From a bacterium (GTDB taxonomy: Bacteria > Ratteibacteria > UBA8468 > B48-G9 > JAFGKM01), in contig JAOAIL010000001.1 of the NCBI GenBank assembly GCA_026414725.1, forward strand, positions 136,249 to 200,248: 64,000 nt of DNA, written 5' to 3'. The stretch's first letter is position 1. Each line of letters opens with the position of its first letter. The translations under genes were made by a program, and so were the position numbers. The notes beneath the pieces were generated by a model that saw only the letters and a program-made list of their open reading frames with translations, was not told the DNA's origin and made no database searches. This document shows positions 20,812 through 27,208 of this stretch, piece by piece.

Positions 20812-21602
20812 AATTTGCGTTTATGAGTTTTACCACACCTGATAAGACATTGAAAGAGATGCTGGATATTGCAAAAAAGTATGGATATGATGGAATTGAA
20901 CCGAGAGCACAACAGGGACACAGACATGGTGTAGAACTTGAAGCAACGGTTGAAGAAAGGAACAAAATTAAAAAAACTTTTGAAGATGAAAGGATTGAAT
21001 GTGCCTGTATTGCTACTTCTATACATTACTGTTTCACTGATGATGAAAAAAGAGAAAAAGAAATAGAACTTACAAAAAGGTTTATTGACCTTGCTGTGGA
21101 TATTGGATGTAAAAGAATCAGGGTTTTTGGTGGTATGCCTGACAAAACCATCTCTTATGAGGAAGCAATAAAGATTGTTGGGGATGCACTTTCAAAAGTC
21201 AAGGAATATGCAGAAATAAACAGGGTCTATGTGTGCCTTGAGACCCATGATTTTTTCTCTCTACCTGATATTGCCGCATCTGCAGTAAAGATGGCAGGCA
21301 GCCCTTTTATAAGGATTAACTGGGATATTATGCATCCTTTTACAAAATTAAGAACTATTGAGGAGGCATTTGAAGAACTTAAAGGGCTGATTGAACACTG
21401 TCATGTACATGATGGTACTTATGATAAGGCGAGGATTCCAAAATTAGCATTGATGGGACAGGGAGAGATACCCTATAATATAGCAGTCCGACTTCTAAAA
21501 AACTCTGGATACAATGGCTATCTTTCTGGTGAGTATATCAACGCCTGGCCACCAGAGGTAGTTCTTCCCCATGATATTGAAGTCCTTAAGAGTTATATGT
21601 AG
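20808..21602 (+). CDS. sugar phosphate isomerase/epimerase (xylose-isomerase-like TIM barrel)
   Basis: About 265 aa with the ...CLETHD... and divalent-metal His/Asp/Glu pattern of the AP-endonuclease-2/XylA-like TIM barrel. ATGA overlap with yggS. Confidence 0.6.
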   Translation: MKFAFMSFTTPDKTLKEMLDIAKKYGYDGIEPRAQQGHRHGVELEATVEERNKIKKTFEDERIECACIATSIHYCFTDDEKREKEIELTKRFIDLAVDIGCKRIRVFGGMPDKTISYEEAIKIVGDALSKVKEYAEINRVYVCLETHDFFSLPDIAASAVKMAGSPFIRINWDIMHPFTKLRTIEEAFEELKGLIEHCHVHDGTYDKARIPKLALMGQGEIPYNIAVRLLKNSGYNGYLSGEYINAWPPEVVLPHDIEVLKSYM

Positions 21603-21604
21603 AT

Positions 21605-21796
21605 GGAGAGGTGGCTGAGTGGACGAAAGCGGCCGACTCGAAATCGGCTGTGCCTTTATGGCACCGCAGGCTGAAATACAACGTATTTCTGGATTTCAGG
21701 GGAGCGAAGTAAGAAATTGCGATGAGTAAGAGCAATTTCAGCGGGTGGCCGACCCCGAGCGTATCGGGAGCGAGGGGCGCCGAATCCTGCCCTCTG
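21605..21796 (+). pseudogene. tRNA-Ser(CGA)-like copy disrupted by a roughly 110-nt structured insertion in the T-loop
   Basis: 21605-21670 (66 nt: acceptor 5' strand through T-stem 5' strand, including the long variable arm) is identical to 21859-21924. An insertion 21671-21780 with three hairpins follows. Then CGAATCCTGCCCTCTGG resumes the T-loop/3' acceptor sequence but with CC->GG, which breaks acceptor pairing. Confidence 0.5.
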
Positions 21797-21825
21797 GTTG
21801 CGTTAGCAACCAGTCCTGCTTTTTA
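21794..21825 (+). terminator. hairpin CTGGTTGC-GTTA-GCAACCAG followed by TCCTGC-TTTTT (terminator-like)
   Basis: Perfect 8-bp stem read from the sequence. The U-tract is displaced 6 nt from the stem, so it is not canonical. Confidence 0.3.
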
Positions 21826-21858
21826 TTTAGTAGAATATATTATGAGCACCTTAATTCT

Positions 21859-21944
21859 GGAGAGGTGGCTGAGTGGACGAAAGCGGCCGACTCGAAATCG
21901 GCTGTGCCTTTATGGCACCGCAGGTTCGAATCCTGCCCTCTCCG
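21859..21944 (+). tRNA. tRNA-Ser (anticodon CGA), class II with long variable arm, no encoded CCA
   Basis: Acceptor GGAGAGG/CCTCTCC + G73. Anticodon stem GCCGA/TCGGC, loop CU-CGA-AA. Variable arm TGTGCCTTTATGGCACCGC. T-arm GCAGG-TTCGAAT-CCTGC. Confidence 0.8.
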
Positions 21945-21980
21945 TTTAAAATATGTTATAATTTAGTAAAGGAGGTTATT

Positions 21981-22964
21981 ATGGCCAGGCAGGAATACCT
22001 TTACGTCAAAAATTTTATTAAATACAACTTTCGCCATTTTAATGCTGCTGTTGTGGTATCTGCATCTGAAGCATATGTCCAACACCTGAAAGAAGGTGGT
22101 AAGATGATGATAACTATTGCAGGCGCAATGAGCACAGCAGAGTTAGGACTGACACTTGCAGAGATGATAAGGGAAGAAAAAGTTCATGCTATTACCTGCA
22201 CAGGAGCAAACCTTGAAGAAGATATATATAACCTCGTTGCACATAACTATTATGTTATGGTTCCTAACTGGAGAGACCTTTCTCCAGATGAAGAGGAAAA
22301 ACTGCTCCAGCGACAACTAAACAGAGTAACAGATACCTGTATTCCTGAAGAAGAAGCGATGAGACGATTGGAAAAGGCAGTAATAAAATACTGGAAGAAA
22401 GCAGAGGAAGAAGGGAAAAGGTACTTCCCGTATGAGTATATGTATCAGGTTATTAGAAGCGGCGACCTTGAAAAATATTACCAGATTGACCCGAAGGACT
22501 CCTGGGTAGTTGCTGCCTGTGAAAAAAACATACCTATATTTGTTCCGGGGTGGGAGGACTCTACATTAGGCAACATGTTTGTGGCTCAGGTAAAGAAAAA
22601 AGAGATAAAAGAGATATCTATTGTGAAATCAGGGCTTGAAACAATGGACTTTCTTATTGACTGGTATTTAGCAAACTCAAAAGATACAAGTATTGGATTT
22701 TTTCAGATAGGAGGAGGTATTGCAGGGGACTTCCCTATATGTGTTGTCCCTCTCATCAGGCAGGATATGAAGAAACAATGTAAACTCTGGGGATATTTCT
22801 GCCAGATATCTGACAGTACCACATCTTATGGTTCTTACAGTGGTGCTATCCCGAACGAAAAGATTACATGGGAAAAGTTAGGGGTAGATACACCTAAATT
22901 CATCATTGAAAGTGATGCTACAATAGTAGCCCCTCTTATGTTTGCTTACATACTCGCTGAGTGA
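21981..22964 (+). CDS. deoxyhypusine synthase-like (DHS fold) protein
   Basis: Segments ITCTGANLEEDIY, NIPIFVPGWEDSTLGNM, QIGGGIAGDFPI and TWEKLGVDTPKFIIESDATIVAPLMFAYILA parallel human DHS blocks ([72 protein letters not shown]). GGAGG RBS. The ORF-track start at 21873 lies inside the tRNA. Confidence 0.6.
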   Translation: MARQEYLYVKNFIKYNFRHFNAAVVVSASEAYVQHLKEGGKMMITIAGAMSTAELGLTLAEMIREEKVHAITCTGANLEEDIYNLVAHNYYVMVPNWRDLSPDEEEKLLQRQLNRVTDTCIPEEEAMRRLEKAVIKYWKKAEEEGKRYFPYEYMYQVIRSGDLEKYYQIDPKDSWVVAACEKNIPIFVPGWEDSTLGNMFVAQVKKKEIKEISIVKSGLETMDFLIDWYLANSKDTSIGFFQIGGGIAGDFPICVVPLIRQDMKKQCKLWGYFCQISDSTTSYGSYSGAIPNEKITWEKLGVDTPKFIIESDATIVAPLMFAYILAE

Positions 22965-23142
22965 TATTCCTTCCATAAAGGTATGATTATTATAAGAAGA
23001 TGCTTTCTTTTCTCTATTAAGAAAAATTCTATTCTGGAAACAGATGAGGAACAACGAATTCCTTGAATTTTAATGAGTGTTCAATATATAATATAGGGCA
23101 GAGAAATAATGCTGAATAATTAAAATTTTAATTTTATTATTT

Positions 23143-23216
23143 GCCCCTGTAGCTCAGAAGGACAGAGCAGCGGTTTCCTAAACCGCGTGTCGCCCGTTCG
23201 AGTCGGGCCAGGGGTA
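23143..23216 (+). tRNA. tRNA-Arg (anticodon CCU), no encoded CCA
   Basis: Acceptor GCCCCTG/CAGGGGT (G1:U72) + A73. Anticodon stem GCGGT/ACCGC, loop UU-CCU-AA. T-arm GCCCG-TTCGAGT-CGGGC. Confidence 0.75.
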
Positions 23217-23379
23217 CTAAAATATTAACAGATGAGTATATTCACAGATTGGTAGATTTTGTATAAACAGATAAAAGGGCGACGAAAAGGGTTTCAGGGG
23301 AAAGGTAACGTTCCCCTGAGTTTGTTATGGGGGGAGAACTATATCAGGAAGGGGGGTGAGAACCCCCCTCCTGAGATTA

Positions 23380-23419
23380 TCGCCCGTTCGAGTCGGGCCA
23401 GGGGTACTAAATATTGATA
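23380..23419 (+). repeat. direct repeat of the tRNA-Arg 3' end (T-arm + acceptor 3' strand + about 12 nt of trailer), 164 bp downstream of the gene
   Basis: TCGCCCGTTCGAGTCGGGCCAGGGGTACTAAA at 23380-23411 is identical to 23189-23220. The flanks continue ATATT..; the two copies differ by one indel. Confidence 0.65.
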
Positions 23420-23463
23420 TGTATAATCTTCAAATTTCCTAATTTTCTAAATTTAAGGGATCT

Positions 23464-24231
23464 ATGAAAAAATGGCGACTTATTATATCTGGTGTTATGT
23501 CTCCGGAAGAAAATATGGGGGTTGATTATGCTTTATGGCAATCAACATCTTCAGGAGAAAGTACTCCTGTAATCCGTTTTTATCAGTGGAATCCTCCTGC
23601 TGTATCCGTTGGATATAATCAAAGTACTAATGATTTAATAAACACAGAATTCTGTAGTACCCATAATATCCCTATTGTAAAGAGGCCTACTGGTGGAAGT
23701 GCCATATTCCATGATATAGAACTCACCTACTCTTTCTGTGGAAATGTAAAAAATCACTACTCTTTTGGTATGCCTTTATCTTCATATATAACTGTATGCG
23801 AGGGCATTATAAAGGGACTGGAATATCTTGGTATCAAGGCAGAGATACGTGGTTTTTCAGAAGGAAAAGAACCATCCTACACAACGAGAGACTGTTTTTC
23901 TCTCTCTTCAAGACATGATATTGTGGTGGAAGGGAGGAAAATTGTCGGCTCTGCACAGAGGAGAAATAAAAATGCTTTTTTACAGCATGGTTCAATACTG
24001 ATTGATATAAACAGAGAGTTATGGGATGCTATATTTATTGAGAAAGTTGACTTTTTAAAAATAATATCTCTGAAAGAATTATTCAAAAAGAGTATATCCA
24101 TTGAGATGCTTATTAAAAATATAATAATGGGCTTTGAAGATATATTTGGAGTACATTTTTTAGAAGGAGCCCTAACAGAAAAAGAGAGAAACAGAATAGG
24201 AGAGTGGAAGAGTTACCAGAAAGCAGGATAA
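23464..24231 (+). CDS. lipoate-protein ligase / octanoyltransferase (BPL_LplA_LipB family, LipM/LplA-like)
   Basis: RK..GSAQRR.K.AFLQHGSILID signature of the LplA/LipM catalytic domain. 255 aa. Confidence 0.6.
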   Translation: MKKWRLIISGVMSPEENMGVDYALWQSTSSGESTPVIRFYQWNPPAVSVGYNQSTNDLINTEFCSTHNIPIVKRPTGGSAIFHDIELTYSFCGNVKNHYSFGMPLSSYITVCEGIIKGLEYLGIKAEIRGFSEGKEPSYTTRDCFSLSSRHDIVVEGRKIVGSAQRRNKNAFLQHGSILIDINRELWDAIFIEKVDFLKIISLKELFKKSISIEMLIKNIIMGFEDIFGVHFLEGALTEKERNRIGEWKSYQKAG

Positions 24232-24273
24232 GAATTTTCTAAATTCCGTAATCTCATAATAGTTATATATACA

Positions 24274-24302
24274 TTGATTGATAAAACTTTTAGTTTTATA
24301 AT
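24274..24302 (+). promoter_or_regulatory. sigma70-like promoter TTGATT-17 nt-TATAAT upstream of the LbH-transferase/ACP/ackA genes
   Basis: TTGATT 24274-24279, 17-nt spacer, consensus TATAAT 24297-24302. About 60 nt upstream of ATG 24362. Confidence 0.4.
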
Positions 24303-24361
24303 AAGAAATATTTAATTAACACAATTGAAATAAAAAAAAGTATATAGAAAGGGGAGAAAAA

Positions 24362-25624
24362 ATGAAGGTATTAATCTATGAAGATGAAAAATGGAGAGAC
24401 CTTTTACCGATTACATTTATTAAAGCAGTATTTGAAATCAGATGTGGGTACGACACTCTCATTGATAAAATTATGTCTGTTTTGACTGAAAGTGAAAAAG
24501 GATTCTGGGTCAGGGATTATATTAAGGACCTTATAGGGAGAAAATATAATCTACCTGTTAATAACACATCATTCCTACAGGACGATATACTCTTTGTAAA
24601 TGGAAGATGGTTACCATCCTCAGAGGATAAGATAGTTATTTCAGAAGAAAAGATTGTAAAAAGTAAAGACAATATAATCTATGGTCTGCTCAAAAAAGAA
24701 ACAATCCATAAGTTCTGGAATGGTGATATTACGAAATTTTTCCATGACATTAAAAGCAGCGTAAAGGTAGAGGAAAAACAGACACGATGTATTAATTATC
24801 CATGGGACCTGATTATATATAACCCTGGCATGTTGAAAGAGGATTTCAAAAGATATGGAAAACAGGGGATAGAAGGTATATTCCATAAGGAAGCAGTTAT
24901 AGTAGGAGATGAAAAAGCAGTTTATATTGCAGAAGGAGCGAAAATACATCCTTTTGTTGTTCTTGATACTACACACGGTCCTATCTATATAGATAAAGGT
25001 GCAGAGATATTTCCTTCCGCAAGGATAGAAGGTCCCTGTTACATAGGAAAAGAAACACAGATTATGCCCGGTGCAAATATAAGAGAAGGTAATAGTTTTG
25101 GAGAGGTATGCAGGATAGGTGGTGAGGTGGAAGAATCCATATTCTATTCATATTCCAATAAGTACCATGATGGGTTTATAGGACACAGTTATATAGGAGA
25201 ATTTGTTAATCTCGGTGCACTGACAACCAATAGTGATTTAAAAAATGACTACAGTAATGTCTGTGTTTACCTTAATGGAAAGCCATTTGATACATGTAGT
25301 TTGAAAGTTGGTTCTTTTATTGGGGACCACACAAAGACAAGCATTGGCACACTTTTTAATACAGGGACCATCGCAGGTTTGATGTGTAATATCACAGCAG
25401 GCGGGATACTACCAAAGTATTTCCCTTCTTTTACATGGTATGTCAATAACAAGTTTATGAAGGGCTATGGTCTGGATATGATGATATGTACTGCAAGAAC
25501 AGTAATGCAAAGAAGAAAAAGAGAGTGGTTGAAAGAAGAAGAAGATACCATAAGGACTGTATATGAGATTACAGAAGAAGAGAGAAAAGAAGCCATAAAG
25601 AAAAGCAGAAAAACAAGTAGATAA
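24362..25624 (+). CDS. left-handed beta-helix (hexapeptide-repeat) transferase with degenerate nucleotidyltransferase-like N-domain
   Basis: C-terminal 230 aa are built of [LIV]GxxxxIxxxxxIG hexapeptide turns. The N-terminal roughly 190 aa contain LLPIT, reminiscent of sugar-nucleotidyltransferases, but lack the Gly-rich NTP loop. Confidence 0.5.
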   Translation: MKVLIYEDEKWRDLLPITFIKAVFEIRCGYDTLIDKIMSVLTESEKGFWVRDYIKDLIGRKYNLPVNNTSFLQDDILFVNGRWLPSSEDKIVISEEKIVKSKDNIIYGLLKKETIHKFWNGDITKFFHDIKSSVKVEEKQTRCINYPWDLIIYNPGMLKEDFKRYGKQGIEGIFHKEAVIVGDEKAVYIAEGAKIHPFVVLDTTHGPIYIDKGAEIFPSARIEGPCYIGKETQIMPGANIREGNSFGEVCRIGGEVEESIFYSYSNKYHDGFIGHSYIGEFVNLGALTTNSDLKNDYSNVCVYLNGKPFDTCSLKVGSFIGDHTKTSIGTLFNTGTIAGLMCNITAGGILPKYFPSFTWYVNNKFMKGYGLDMMICTARTVMQRRKREWLKEEEDTIRTVYEITEEERKEAIKKSRKTSR

Positions 25625-25634
25625 GGAGGTTAAG

Positions 25635-25889
25635 ATGGACTATAAAGAGATAGAAGCGAGAGTAAAAAAGGTTATCTCTGAAGTTTTAGGGGTAGATGAG
25701 GAAGGAATAACTCCTGAAAGCAGATTTGTTGAGGATTTAGGAGCTGAAAGTGTTCAAAGTTTGGAACTGGTGGCTGCCTTTGAGGATGAGTTTGACATAG
25801 AGATGGAAGAAGATGCAGCACTCCAAGTTAAGACCGTGGGAAAGGCAGTGGAATTTATACAGAGACACCTAAATGGGAAGGGAAGATGA
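25635..25889 (+). CDS. acyl carrier protein-like (phosphopantetheine attachment site)
   Basis: 84 aa, acidic. DLGAESVQSLELVAAFEDEFDIE matches the ACP helix-2 DLGADSLD..EL motif with the conserved Ser. AGGAGG RBS. Confidence 0.7.
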   Translation: MDYKEIEARVKKVISEVLGVDEEGITPESRFVEDLGAESVQSLELVAAFEDEFDIEMEEDAALQVKTVGKAVEFIQRHLNGKGR

Positions 25890-27085
25890 AAATACTTGTA
25901 ATAAACTGTGGCAGTTCCTCAGTAAAATTTAAGGTCTTTGAGATGCCGGAAGAGGAACTGGTTGCAGAAGGCAATGTTGAAAAAATAGGAGAAGAGATTG
26001 CATTGTTCTCATATACAAAGGGGCAACAACAATTATTTTACAGAAAATCAGTAGATGTAAAAACGCACACTGCTGCTCTCTCTCTTATTGCAAGTACATT
26101 GGGAGATAAAGAAATTGGAGTTATAAATGATGTAAAAGAAATTAAAGGAGTAGGACACCGAGTTGTCCATGGAGGTGAGGGCTTTGACAGAAGCGTTCTC
26201 ATTACAGATGAGGTTATAAAAAAGATAGAAGAATACCAGACCCTTGCACCACTCCATAATCCACATAACCTATCAGGTATCAGGGCCTCTATGAAATTTT
26301 TCCCAGACAGTTTACAGGTTGCTGCTTTTGATACTGCATTCCACACCACCATCCCCCCTGTTGCATATCTTTATGCTATACCCTATGAGTTTTATGAGAA
26401 ATACAGGATAAGAAGATATGGATTTCATGGGACTTCTCATAGATATGTAGCAAGACGTGCCGCTGAACTTCTGGGAAAAGGGAAGTATGATGTGAATGTT
26501 ATTACATGCCATCTGGGTAATGGTTGCAGTATTACAGCAGTGAGAAATGGACATTCTGTGGATACGAGTATGGGATTGACACCGCTTGAAGGACTTGTAA
26601 TGGGAACACGGTCAGGAGATATTGACCCCGGTGTAATATTCCATCTTATTGACTCACTGGGTTTGAGTGCAAAAGAGGTCAATGATCTTCTGAACAAGAA
26701 AAGCGGACTTTTAGGTCTTTCAGGTATCTCCAATGATTTCAGGAACCTTCTTTCTAAAATGGAAGAAGATAGGGTTTTACTTGCTATAGATATTTACAGT
26801 TATAGAATCAAAAAATATATCGGAATGTATATGGCTGTGTTAGGCAGAGTGGACGCCATTGTTTTTACTGGGGGTGCAGGAGAGAATGTTCCTCATATAA
26901 GAGAGAGGGCACTTTCAGGACTTGAAAACTTTGGGATTATCCTTGACAGTGAGAGGAATTATAAAGCATTCGCAAAGGAAGAGAAAATCAGTGCAGAAAA
27001 TTCTAAGGTAAAGGTCTTTGTTATTCCCACCAATGAAGAACTCCGTATTGCCTTTGACACATACCAGCTGGTAAGTCAGAAGTAA
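25886..27085 (+). CDS. ackA: acetate kinase
   Basis: MKILVINCGSSSVKF, VGHRVVHGG, HLGNG.S, VFTGG.GEN signatures. ATGA overlap with the ACP gene. Confidence 0.9.
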   Translation: MKILVINCGSSSVKFKVFEMPEEELVAEGNVEKIGEEIALFSYTKGQQQLFYRKSVDVKTHTAALSLIASTLGDKEIGVINDVKEIKGVGHRVVHGGEGFDRSVLITDEVIKKIEEYQTLAPLHNPHNLSGIRASMKFFPDSLQVAAFDTAFHTTIPPVAYLYAIPYEFYEKYRIRRYGFHGTSHRYVARRAAELLGKGKYDVNVITCHLGNGCSITAVRNGHSVDTSMGLTPLEGLVMGTRSGDIDPGVIFHLIDSLGLSAKEVNDLLNKKSGLLGLSGISNDFRNLLSKMEEDRVLLAIDIYSYRIKKYIGMYMAVLGRVDAIVFTGGAGENVPHIRERALSGLENFGIILDSERNYKAFAKEEKISAENSKVKVFVIPTNEELRIAFDTYQLVSQK

Positions 27086-27208
27086 AAAACTATTATTACA
27101 TCTTTTTACTATTCACTCCATCCCTTTATCTTTTTCTATCAGTTTCATCTGTGGTAATATAAAAAATGTTGTGCGCGGGTGGAATCTCTTTATTAAGAAA
27201 GGTTGCAT

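Noticed and set aside
21722-21966. Two overlapping + strand ORFs (75 and 73 aa) covering the tRNA-Ser insertion and the intact tRNA-Ser
   Set aside because: They run through tRNA sequence and hairpins and have Arg/Gly/Ser-rich translations driven by GC-rich tRNA sequence. Non-coding is the simpler explanation.
27086-27208. Looked for an M-box (ykoK) Mg2+ riboswitch in the mgtA leader
   Set aside because: The leader is only about 120 nt and lacks the conserved M-box segments I remember. No call made.
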